Counted from the first letter of the whole stretch, positions 1 through 11,589 are shown. The stretch: 63,212 nucleotides of DNA, filler included, from Octopus bimaculoides (GCF_001194135.2; 3 parts of 3 records of this genome joined end to end with filler, not necessarily neighbours in it); one strand, 5' to 3'. Notes: a model not told the origin generated them from the letters alone. Made by a program: numbers and translations.

Positions 1-99
<99 letters not shown>

Positions 100-116
100 C
101 ATTATTATTATTATTA

Positions 117-202
<86 letters not shown>
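1..202. repeat. (TAT)n microsatellite
   Basis: Near-perfect trinucleotide tract. Confidence 0.98.
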
Positions 203-206
<4 letters not shown>

Positions 207-330
207 CGAGCTGGCAGAATCATTAGCACGCCAGGTGAAATGCTTAGCGGAATTTCAACTGTATTTACGTTCTGAGTTCAAATTCCACCCATGTTGACTT
301 TGCCTTTCATCCTTTCGGGGACTATAAATT
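203..330 (+). mobile_element. tRNA-related SINE, family A (5' part)
   Basis: gcgagctggcagaatcattagcacgcc...gagttcaaattcc (B-box-like, 274-286)...ttgactttgcctttcatcctttcgggg; recurs many times in the window. Confidence 0.8.
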
Positions 331-1920
331 AACTAATTTGGTGTAATTAAATCTTAAAGTTTGTTTCTGAGCACTGCATATCAACACAACAGGGCATACT
401 TTTCAGATAACTTTCTGCTTAGCCTTTTCCAGCAGTTGGCATTGTCATTTTCCTTTCATTTCTCTCTGGTATTGCCCATGCAGCACTTTCATTTACTAGT
501 TGAAGAGAGAATACATATTCTGCTGAGCTTTTTTTTCTTTGCCCTTCATCATTTCTGAGTGGAGCAGGTGGCTTGTCTATTCGGAATTTGGTGTAATTAA
601 ATCTTAATCTTAAATCTTGTTTCCGAAATTCTTTTGGGCGTGCTACATTTTCACTAAGTATTGTGATATTATTTCTAACCGCAACAAATAAAAGTTCAAT
701 CTGCTATTTGACGTCCCATCCCTGATAGTTTCCATCAATCACAACACAGAACATGCAGCCTATGTGTCATCTTCGACCCTTGTCTCCTTCCACGACTCTA
801 ATAATTCATGCTTTGAGGGGTCTTCTCCTATTTTGATGTTGTTCTTTCCAATATGCTTATACAACCTCATTGGATTATTTTTAAACAAATAGTTACCTTT
901 CAAGGACCCGGATCATTTTTTGAAGCAGTATATAAGGGTGACTTTTCCCTAAATGTCTTCGTTTAACTTCTCAACTACTCCAGCAAACTAAAGTTCACAC
1001 TCCAATTTGCACTGTCTTATTCTCTTTCTCTTTTTAGATGGTTTTGTATCATGATAACCGCTTTTCAAGGTCTCCATTTCAGAAGCGTCGATTTGTTACT
1101 TGATTTTTTCTTGCTACTCTGGCCTTTTATAAGGCATTCCCACACTATTTTTCAGCTGAATGCCACACGTTTTGTTGTGTGGACTGTAGCAGCAGAGTAG
1201 AATATCCCATTGATGCATGTGATATTTACTTCGTATTTGATGCATTTGGTGGCTATGTTCATCTGGAAGATAATTTATTATTTTTTTCACTGTTGTGAAT
1301 CTTAAGATTGTCACTATATTTCATGTCCTTATTTTGGATTTTGATCCGTTCAGTGGCTATTTGTTCTTCAAGTATTCTATTTCAAAATGCCTTCTCTTGT
1401 TAGCAGCATCGATTATTTTCTCTGCAATGGTTTCATCACCAGGGAGAGTATTTAGGTTGTTTCTGATTGTGTGTCTCGTGTTGTTTACTTCTTGCTGACA
1501 CAGCCTCTGTCTGTTAATATTCCAGTTGCAATCGCTTTGTCGTTTCCTAGATCTCATTCTATATTTTATTTTATTTTGTCAAATTCTATGTCGGTTAACA
1601 ATTTCACATATATAATATTTCTTCATACGTTTGCAGTCTATGTTGAGTCTTATGTTAGGATTCTTTTCTCTCCAGATTCTATATGTTTGTTCAGTGTTTG
1701 AGATGCCAGTTGTTTGAAACAAAGCGGTGTAGTAAGCGTGAATGACTTTTTATTTATTATGACACTTGGAACATTTCCGTCTTTGGGTTTACTTTTGCCT
1801 GCAGATGTTGGGCATGGAAAGCCATTAGGAATTGTCCTTTTGTAGGCATCCTCTAGATTCATATTGATGGAGAGGTGTAAACCACTAGCAAACTGTATGC
1901 TCCGTGGCCGGCTCTGCATG
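330..1920 (-). mobile_element. Degraded 5' portion of an R4/Dong-like non-LTR retrotransposon ORF
   Basis: Broken frames give INGIFYSAATV (~1210-1180) and NYLFKNNPMRLYKHIG (~895-850), resembling pre-RT N-terminal motifs of R4/Dong ORFs. Many stops and frameshifts. Confidence 0.45.
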
Positions 1921-2729
1921 GGTTAAGGCGCCCCTTCCCCACTCGAACGAGGACAGATCCAATATAGATTTTGCTTTGTTAAACATTGGCCTGTTACCAT
2001 TAAAACAAAGTTGGTATTAGGATATGGAACTGTCTGTTTGGAGACGACTTTTTAACAAAACACCGCTTCCAAATTCTTTGAATAGATAAGTCTCTTATAT
2101 CGCAATTGCATGAAGCTTACGAACGAAATTCATCTCTATTTTTTTTCATTTTTTCATTTTCTTTTTCTTTTTAACTTTTTTGGGTACAAGTGTCTTCGAG
2201 CATGATAGTGTGCTAGATTAAATTCAGTGATTATTTGCCCCTATCGTGTTCGTGGAAAGTCGTGTTGTTTTTGGCTACTTTTGCTTCGCTTGCAATATGT
2301 GTTTTGTCGGCGCATGTGAGCATGTGTATATGTATGTGTGTATGTGAATGTGCGTGCGTGTGTATGTCTATGTGTGTGTTGTTAGCATTATTTACGTAGT
2401 TTATAAATATTAACATGTACACACGTATGCATAAACAGTTGAATATTTATGCATTTAATTTACGTACATACTGTGCATATAATGGTTTTCTCTCATGGTC
2501 CCTGATGTTGATTTCGATTTTCTGCACATGTCACTCTGAGGTATACACAGAAGAAACAGTGCTTAATATAGCAATTATTTTTTAGTTGATTTGCTTTAAA
2601 AGATCATTTCTCTTAGATTTATTACCAAGTTTTATTTCCATTTCCCATACGTTGTTGGAATTAAATTCGTTTTTTGGAGAGAGCTTCTTGCTGTACGTCC
2701 ATGTTGATTTTTAGCCCGGAGCTAGCTTT

Positions 2730-2986
<257 letters not shown>

Positions 2987-3521
2987 CAAACGAAAGGCAT
3001 TGTTTTGAAGGTCAGATGTTATACAATTTTGTCGTTTTGAAGAAATTGATTTTAGCTTCATTTTTTATCATGTTGTTATTATGCCAACCAACATCCTAAA
3101 AGTCTGTTCGTCGTAGAGAAGTTTTACTCTCAATTCGGTTAAATTTTTCCAAACTTTTTAATAGAGAATATAAATATGTTTATAAAAAAAACTAATATTA
3201 CTTCACAAATGCAATAGACATTTAAATTATCTAACATGCAACACAATAACCATTTTCCACTGCTACCTGTAAACAGAATAAATGAACATCAATTTGAAGA
3301 TCAAGAACAACAGCACCAACAAAAACCACACATTTGAAACATTAGTGAAAGCAATATCAACACTATCCTCACTAACCCCTACTAATGCGGATCGAAACAA
3401 TACCAACAACATTCAGAATGAAAACAACGGCTACAAAGATGTGTATGTAAAGAAGAAAAGTCTAAATTAACGACTAAACACACCTACAATTTCCACCTCC
3501 GCTGCCAGTACCACCATCTTA

Positions 3522-3748
3522 TTTCTTTATTGCCCACAAACGTAGAGGGGACAAACAAGGACAGATAAAGGTATTAAGTCGATTACATCGACTCTAGCGT
3601 GTAACTGGTACTTAATTTATCAACCCCGAAAGGTTGAAAGGCAAAGTCGACTCGGCGGAATTTGAACTCAGAACGTAACGGCAGGCGAAATACCACTAAG
3701 CATTTCGCCCGGCGTGCTAACGTTTCCGCCAGCTTGCCACCTTCTTAA
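3522..3748 (-). mobile_element. Full-length SINE, family A, with 12-bp target-site duplication
   Basis: Same body as 203-330 plus 3' tail; flanked by ACCACCATCTTA at 3510-3521 and 3749-3760. Confidence 0.9.
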
Positions 3749-4419
3749 ACCACCATCTTAAACACCAACAATCCTACCATGAATGGGTTCTCTGATGCCG
3801 TGCACCAGGTAGAAATATTACAATCGCTAGGTCAAGGTTTTTTATAAAAATACTAATACGTATGATTACTTGGTTTGGACAAAACTTTATATATACCAAA
3901 ATCCATCTGATCAGAAGCGAACCTATGGAACTTATAATTTTAAAGCTTGGACTAAAACGTCGGAAAATAGAATTAAGGGAGAAGGTAGTAGCAGATCACT
4001 AACGAAAGTAATCGCAATGGACTTTGGCGCGGCAAAACTAGCCATCGACAAATTCTCCAACGTGAAGCACGAAAGTTAACCCATGGATCAACATGGCAGA
4101 GTAACAACATGTAAACAAATCCACAATCGGTATTTTGCAGTTCACATTGAGTTTAGTTTATTTAATACCAAGGAGAATGGTGCTTTTTTCAGCTGTACTT
4201 ACCAAAAAGTGTACTGTACGAGACGTGTGTCAGAAAGCTAGATGGATTTTAGTGTCTACCTCAACTGCCTGCTTTATCTGTCGAAAAGAAAGGCGGAGTA
4301 TTGTGAAAAACGAAGAAAAGCCGAAGAAATAATGAAAGCGACTGTTGACCTGACGACGGGCAACTTGCCTAGTCTGACTGATTTATGCAACAGGCTTTAA
4401 TTTTCTATGCCTTGCTGAA

Positions 4420-4587
4420 AGTTTGGCATTTCGTCCATCTTAACGTTCTGAGTTCCAACTGAGCCGAGGTCGACTTGACCAGTCATCTTGAAGTGTCGAT
4501 AAAATAAATTTGTGCTGAACACTGGGATCGATGTAATCGACTTACTCCGCTCTCCGAAATTTCTGGTCTTATACCTAACTTCGAAAC

Positions 4588-4590
<3 letters not shown>
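4420..4590 (+). mobile_element. SINE family A copy
   Basis: acgttctgagttccaactgagccgaggtcgact...gtcgataaaataa...ggatcgatgtaatcgact. Confidence 0.7.
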
Positions 4591-4623
<33 letters not shown>

Positions 4624-6530
4624 NNNNNNNNNNNNNNNNNNNNNNNNNNNNNNNNNNNNNNNNNNNNNNNNNNNNNNNNNNNNNNNNNNNNTATACATAT
4701 ATAAATTTATAGACAAACCCGAAGAATTTAAATTACGGAGAAGAGTGACACAAAGAGGTCCTTTTTCATGATAATGATAACTATATAGATAATAATAATA
4801 TATTCTCCATTTAGAGCGACTAAACCTAAACTACTGACTGAAGAAAGATCGGCCGAACCACTGAGAATTGAACACGACATCAATGTTTACATGGCTCCGA
4901 ACGCACTCAATTCATCACAAAACGACAATACTGATACGACATATTGTCGTTCGTTTTGTATTGAGTGTATTACATAACACTTTTACGTAAGTACATCATA
5001 GAAATGGCATTTCTTCTATAAAAGATTTGCTGTTTTAATCGATAAATGCCACGATTCAAGAATAAATATATAAAGTATAAAAACTGTGCCAAAAGCAAAT
5101 ATTGTAAGTGGAATCACTCTTAAACTACCTCCATTCGTACAAATACGCATAAATATTTGCGTGCAAAAATACAAACATGATACGTTCTTGCATATCTATC
5201 CCTGTATCTCTGTATCGACTACACTGTGCGGTGTTACAAAAATTATTTAACTAAATCCATTTTCCATCGTTTTGTAAGTCTTCCCAATGGCCTTTTCCGA
5301 AATCTTGGATAGCATTCGGAAATACTACGGTTCACCTGTTTGTGTGAATTTCTGACATGTCCTACAACTCGGAATATTTATGTATATACACAATGTAGCA
5401 ACTACATATCGGAATGATGTAATATTGTTTATTGAAATTACTTCATCTTACAAAAATTATGAGGCGCTCTTTATAATTCTTATAAGTTGAACTCGTAATG
5501 ACATCAGTTATTCTACCTTAATAATGACAACTTGAATTTATTCACAAATGAAAACAATCATTATGAATATTTTGATTTTGTTATATGGATTACACAAATC
5601 CCTTTGTGACAAATCCACTGAATATACCTGACCATCCACAGGAAATTGTTAATTAGTCACAACCGTGGCATATTCTTTTTTTAATTTAGAGTTTACGAAG
5701 TATTAGTAAACATTTGAATATAGTTAACTTATAATTCGATTTATACCACCCACGCGACAAAAACTATAAATCAGAATTTTTGAAATCAACTGGTTTTTCA
5801 TTTCTAAATATTCTACATTTCTAAATATTCTAAAACTTGACAAGTAAATATCACTTAGCGAAATGCTCTTTTTACTCATTTAACTTCAGTTTCCAATATT
5901 ACTTGTTTTGCATTTAAGGATTTGAGACATACAGAGTGAATTCATTTTAATGATTATTGAAGTACTTTTAAGTTGTACATTTTTTACATCGCGATTCACT
6001 ATTCTGTGAAAATGAAAATTATTTTATGATATACAAATGTGGTTCGCCAACAAAGACAAGAGAAAAAAATCATGATTTTATGTAAGCAACTCTTGGTCAT
6101 AATTTCTCTATAGAATAAACATCAAAATTACTGGCTTAGTATATGGGCACAAATTCTTTCAATTGCACTTGCAAATCAGTATTTCAGGCCTTTTCTCATG
6201 ATATTTTCCTTAACCAGAATTTTTAAAGAAATTATGCATTTATAAAATTTCAGATAGTCATTAAAACATTTCTCAAAAATAATTACTACAATTTCAGTAG
6301 AGTTTGGAGTAATTCGTGACAGTAAATATTTTGGGTATTGGGGACAAATTTGTTTAAAAAAGAATACAAACGCCGCTGGACAAGAAAAAGATGTAATAAT
6401 TTTTTGATATTTTTCTGCGTATCTGCGTATAAAAATACGTGTTTGACAACAATGTTTACTAATTCTTTTCTGTATATATTGTGCCTAAACACACACACAC
6501 ATATATATGTATATACATATATATACACAC

Positions 6531-6573
<43 letters not shown>

Positions 6574-6618
6574 GATATATATAGATATATGTATGTATGT
6601 ATAATTACATATGTCAGG

Positions 6619-7737
6619 TTAGTGGAAAAAGTTAATAATTACAAGAAGAAGAGTAGACCCGAACAAACAAAGTGTGATAAAAAGTGAGAGTCGGTTAAGT
6701 TGTGTGTAATTTAATGATATTTTTCCACATTTCCTTGGCTGAACATTTTCCTTGTATCGATTATCAGAGTTTTGATTCATATTCTTTTCCAGTACTGCGT
6801 GTTGATAGAGCCGACAGATAAAGATGGATCCAACGCAGGAAAGACTGCTGACTGTTGTCAGAAAAAGTATGTAGAGTAGATACAAAGGTATTCCTGACCC
6901 ATCCGTAGTTATCGCTCTCCCACTTTCAACAAGATAGAGAATATTGGTGAGAAAGAGTGTAGTTGAAAATGTAACTTTCTCCCCACTCTCTGCAGGCAAA
7001 AGAAATACGCACATCGTCAGTAATGATAGCAACAAAATCCCTATAATTATCGCAATATTATTCGCAGATGAAGACTGTTCTAACATGATTATTAATTCAA
7101 AACCGTCTGTCGAATTGTCGTCATCATATTTATGACCATCCAGTTGAATATTCCAAATGGTTGTCCATATATTCGATGTGTTAGCTAAATCTACATTTTG
7201 TAACTTCAAGTACGAGACCATTTCATTGGATAACCAAAAATATATTTTACATACATTGAGTGAAAAAGGATATTTGTAAAAGTCAATCGAGCAGTATGTA
7301 CGATAAATACTTCGAATAAAATAGGAGGTCCTTCCGTCATAGCTCACTGTAATATATTCACTTAAACTTGGAATTTTAGTAACTTTTTCTGCATTGCTCA
7401 CAAATATATTCGGTGCCCAAATGGAGTCAGAATTGAATTCTATATGAGTTAGATTGTCATATTTAATGGGATCCCAGCAAAGATATTCGTCTGTCCATCT
7501 AGACTCTATAATTACTTTACTATGTAACATTCCTTCAAACAAATCCAAATTGAATATAACGATTGATTTGAAATATAAATCAATATTTAGATTTTGGGTA
7601 ATATTTCGTACAGGACGAACATCTTTGTTGTAACCTTTCAGAAGAGTATCTCTTAAATCACGGTCAGTTAAATAAGAACTTGAAAATATATGCGGTATAT
7701 ATAAGAGAATGAGTATGCTGCTTCTGATATTCATCAT
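6619..7737 (-). CDS. Intronless divergent nicotinic-receptor-like pentameric ligand-gated ion channel subunit; probable cephalopod chemotactile receptor (CR) family member, 372 aa
   Basis: Stop-free ORF. First ATG is at 7737 (the track's 7740 start is GTG); TAA at 6619-6621. Hydrophobic signal peptide, then LLKGYNKDVRPV, WTDEYLCWDP and IWAPNIF motifs, Cys-loop CSIDFYKYPFSLNVC (7293-7249), M1-FLLPAESGEK-M2, IPL-M3, a ~38-aa M3-M4 loop and a terminal M4. No loop-C vicinal CC; loop-A Tyr and loop-B Trp positions are Ser. The specific paralogue cannot be named without a search. Confidence 0.93.
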   Translation of the reverse strand: MMNIRSSILILLYIPHIFSSSYLTDRDLRDTLLKGYNKDVRPVRNITQNLNIDLYFKSIVIFNLDLFEGMLHSKVIIESRWTDEYLCWDPIKYDNLTHIEFNSDSIWAPNIFVSNAEKVTKIPSLSEYITVSYDGRTSYFIRSIYRTYCSIDFYKYPFSLNVCKIYFWLSNEMVSYLKLQNVDLANTSNIWTTIWNIQLDGHKYDDDNSTDGFELIIMLEQSSSANNIAIIIGILLLSLLTMCVFLLPAESGEKVTFSTTLFLTNILYLVESGRAITTDGSGIPLYLLYILFLTTVSSLSCVGSIFICRLYQHAVLEKNMNQNSDNRYKENVQPRKCGKISLNYTQLNRLSLFITLCLFGSTLLLVIINFFH

Positions 7738-7757
7738 CACGTATGAAAAAAGAATAC

Positions 7758-7780
7758 CTGAAATGAAAATAACATTGTTT
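7758..7780 (-). promoter_or_regulatory. Putative 3' splice acceptor of a 5'-UTR intron of the CR-like gene
   Basis: Minus strand reads ...ttattttcatttCAG|Gtattcttttttcatacgtg ATG: a pyrimidine tract plus CAG/G, 20 nt upstream of the first ATG. Confidence 0.5.
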
Positions 7781-8119
7781 ATTGAAATAGCAAATTAGAT
7801 AAGAGTGTAAGAAGTTAAGGACCGAAACACTTGCCAGTGAGAGTTTAGTATCTAAAGAACTTCTGCCGTTTAGCTCCTTAGAGTGTTAGTTGTCACTGAT
7901 TGATTTGAATAAAGGAGAACAAGACATAAAAGTTAAAAAATTTTTCTAACAGTAATAAATAAGAAATGATCACATTTATCAATGAATTATTAAATAATAC
8001 AGTTTATCATTAATGTCGTATTTAGTTGAGCCTTGAACGAAAGGAGGAATAGAAATATAACTATATTCATAATAAGAAGACAAAACAGCATTGACAACAG
8101 TGAAACCGTATGGCATATT

Positions 8120-8730
8120 ACTAGTCAATGTACATCAGTAGCTCAGATGGAATATAATAGACACCACGACAATATAGCCAGGCTTGTCCATTAGACACTT
8201 TGCAACAAGTATAGACTTGACAGAGCAAAAAATTGGTACGGTTACAAACCTGAAGGCATCGTCGTAAATAAAAATGCAAAGATCCTATGGGAATTTATGA
8301 TTCAGTGCGACAATGAGATAGAGAATAGGAAGCCAGTCAAAGTCTTAATTGAAATAGAAAACAAACTATGCTGGATCGTAGATATAGCATGCCCAGCTGA
8401 TAATAAGGTATTCGATAAGAAAGAAAGAAAAGTCGAGAGATATGACAGGTTAGCTTGGGAGGTTAAGCAGTTTTGGTCGATGAAAAAGGTAGCAGTAGTA
8501 CCAATAATTGTCCGAGCCCTGAGAACAGTGAGAAAAATTTCGAGATGTACAGCAAATATGGGCTGCAATAAGGGTAGAGCACTTGCAGAAAAGAGCACTG
8601 CTTGGAATCACCCGAATACTCTGGAAGCTATTCGAAAGATAAGAGGTGTTACCTTAGTTTATTGGTAGTGAACAGCTGACACCGCAGTACATATCTAGCG
8701 TTAGAAGCTGTGCAGAAGCAATGGTAATAA
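8120..8730 (+). mobile_element. R4/Dong-clade LINE 3' fragment (restriction-like endonuclease domain) with (TAA)n tail
   Basis: RHDNIARLVH..LCNKY..WY..KPE..KILWEF.IQCD..I.NRKP..C.IVDIACP.D..K..K.ERY..LA.EVK..W..VVPIIV.AL, then a short 3'UTR and (TAA)n from ~8722. Confidence 0.85.
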
Positions 8731-8741
8731 TNNNNNNNNNN

Positions 8742-8828
<87 letters not shown>

Positions 8829-8861
8829 TAACAATAATAATAATAATAATAATAATAATAA

Positions 8862-9240
8862 AGATTGAAAATTACAGACTACAAAAAGACGAAACTGCAA
8901 GAATGTCGACTAATAGGAGAGTGACTCATTCCTGTAGTTGGAGAGGCACTTGGAGCATTAACAACCTAATTCGAGAAATACGACAGAGAAATCGGAATTG
9001 ACATTAGAGCAGAGCAAACCGAAACAACTGCGCTGCTGGGGACAGCTAGGATTTTGAAATTGGTACTTGGATGATGAATGTCTCCCGCGATAATTAACAA
9101 CCAAGTAGCAAAGCTTATAATGTGCGCAAAGAGACCCTGTGAGACCTTTGACAGCAGGCTGCTGTCCGCTCTCATAGAATCTACCAGAACAAACAAGATC
9201 GAGCTCTCTGAGAAGTAAAACAACAACAATAATAATAATT
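8862..9240 (+). mobile_element. Second 5'-truncated R4/Dong-like LINE 3' end, starting directly after the (TAA)n tract
   Basis: KIENY..IPVVGEALG..EKY..IGIDI....TALLGTARILKLVL, followed by a 3'UTR and (CAA)n(TAA)n tail at ~9216-9238. Confidence 0.75.
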
Positions 9241-9244
9241 TTGG

Positions 9245-9420
9245 CACTAGGCCAACCATTTCAGTAATGAGGCTAAGTTGATTACATCGACCTCGGTATT
9301 CAAGAGGTACCTATTTTATCAACTCTGAACGGATGAAAGGCAAAATCAATCTGTGCGGAATTTGAACCCTGCTCGGAAGGTCTTTTGTCTCCTGTGCTGA
9401 TGATTCTACTACCTCACCAT
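9245..9420 (-). mobile_element. SINE family A copy
   Basis: ttgattacatcgacctc...atgaaaggcaaaatcaatctgtgcggaatttgaac. Confidence 0.65.
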
Positions 9421-10716
9421 CTTATAAAGAACATTTTTTTAAACTTAATTTCAACTACCTCAAAGAACCGTAACACAATTCATAGGTTTTGGTAGGCAAA
9501 ATAAATAGGAGTTGGAATAGTAAATTTAAGATTGTATATAACACTGCTACTTTGGGAATAAACAATGAATTTGGGCAAAAAAAAAAAAAAAATCTCTTAC
9601 AAGTATATGAAATACAAGCAGAAATTATAAAACGAAGACGCGCAATGATAACTTAATAGGAATACTTAAACTGGAAACAGAATTCTCAAATATCACAGAA
9701 CATTTATTACTAAAGATGTATTAAATATGAAACAGACAGATGGAGTCAAATAAATTACAAAATAAATTCAGAAATTAATACAGAAAACATTCAAATTAAG
9801 TAAAACTACAGAGCATATGATATTTATGAATGCGACATAGAGCGATTCTTAATGAGACTCTATCCAATAGACTAGCTGGAAGCCACTGCCTACCATTATG
9901 ATGAGCGCACATTTGCTTATTTATAAAATGAAATATAATTATGTACCGTAAATGAAACGGAAAAATTCACTTTATCGATTTTCTGTCTATGCCATGTGGT
10001 TCCCAACATGGGTAACGCGTACCTCTGCTGGTTCGCAAAGTTAGTACCGTGTGTCTGTAATCTACATTCAAATTTCGCCAACCCTTATATATATATATAT
10101 ATATNNNNNNNNNNNNNNNNNNNNNNNNNNNNNNNNNNNNNNNNNNNNNNNNNNNNNNNNNNNNNNNNNNNNNNNNNNNNNNNNNNNNNNNNNNNNNNNN
10201 NNNNNNNNNNNNNNNNNNNNNNNNNNNNNNNNNNNNNNNNNNNNNNNNNNNNNNNNNNNNNNNNNNNNNNNNNNNNNNNNNNNNNNNNNNNNNNNNNNNN
10301 NNNNNNNNNNNNNNNNNNNNNNNNNNNNNNNNNNNNNNNNNNNNNNNNNNNNNNNNNNNNNNNNNNNNNNNNNNNNNNNNNNNNNNNNNNNNNNNNNNNN
10401 NNNNNNNNNNNNNNNNNNNNNNNNNNNNNNNNNNNNNNNNNNNNNNNNNNNNNNNNNNNNNNNNNNNNNNNNNNNNNNNNNNNNNNNNNNNNNNNNNNNN
10501 NNNNNNNNNNNNNNNNNNNNNNNNNNNNNNNNNNNNNNNNNNNNNNNNNNNNNNNNNNNNNNNNNNNNNNNNNNNNNNNNNNNNNNNNNNNNNNNNNNNN
10601 NNNNNNNNNNNNNNNNNNNNNNNNNNNNNNNNNNNNNNNNNNNNNNNNNNNNNNNNNNNNNNNNNNNNNNNNNNNNNNNNNNNNNNNNNNNNNNNNNNNN
10701 NNNNNNNNNNNNNNNN

Positions 10717-10756
<40 letters not shown>

Positions 10757-11332
10757 GCACACACACACGTCCACACACGCACGTACACACACATATATAT
10801 CGATATGTACATAGATATATAAATGGATGCGTTGATTAATAAGGAGAGAGAGAAGGTGGCTAAAAGAGTGAGATAGGGAGTGTGATAGTGATAATAGAAC
10901 GAGTGCAGCAAGACAAAAATCAGAACAACTACAGAGAAAACTCGATAAGTGGTTCGGTGGCCAATTAGACGCAACAAAGTAACTTAGACGTCAATAAAAA
11001 TACAGCATATGTTTTTGAGTAATTAAATCCTGATTTCTGTAAATATTAGCAGTTGGGGACATCAGTGAAAATATTTAACAGTTAATTTGTTGAAATTTCT
11101 ATATTTCACTCATAATGACAAGGAACACATACCCTTTTAGTGAGTCAAGAAAGTAGATATTTGAAGGAACAACCAAGGCAATGTGATTAAGAAGTTCGTT
11201 TTATAAACAATTGTTTGCTACCTAGCTAGATAGATAGACATGTAAATAGAGAGACATATAGATAGACAGAGAGATATATAGATAGACAGAGAGACAGATA
11301 AATGTATACATATATATATATATATATATATA

Positions 11333-11589
11333 TAAGAATTTAAGGATTGGAGAAAACGCATGTTATAATTGCATATTTTATTCCTAGTCATAACCTTATC
11401 CATCTATTGTTTTCATAATCGGTCATAATGTCTTACGTCTAAGATGATTCCCATGCTTTCCCTGATGAGAAGGTTACAATTTTAATATCAAAGATCCCTA
11501 TGGATCACACAGGTTGTAATCCTTTGAAACATATGTAGGAATAAAGTATGCAATTATAACATGCGTTTTCTCCAGTCCTTAAATTCTTA
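11333..11589. mobile_element. MITE, ~255 bp, with 54-bp TIRs and TA termini/TSD
   Basis: 11333-11386 taagaatttaaggattggagaaaacgcatgttataattgcatattttattccta is the reverse complement of 11536-11589 with 2 mismatches. Confidence 0.85.

Noticed and set aside
45-275. Poly-Leu, poly-Ile, poly-Lys, YIYI, THTH and CVCV ORFs throughout the window
   Set aside because: Translations of (TAT)n, (CTT)n, (TA)n and (CA)n microsatellites, which lack stops in some frames.
4135-4400. Overlapping 50-65 aa frames after ttttgcag (e.g. MDFSVYLNCLLYLSKRKAEY...)
   Set aside because: Short, no recognisable motif and no matching donor site; within chance expectation or TE debris.
9967-10977. Long ORFs of 230-340 aa in the track here and at 13795-14851, 24711-25338, 30152-30969, 52579-53405, 53902-54592
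   Set aside because: Open only because N runs translate as X; no coding evidence.
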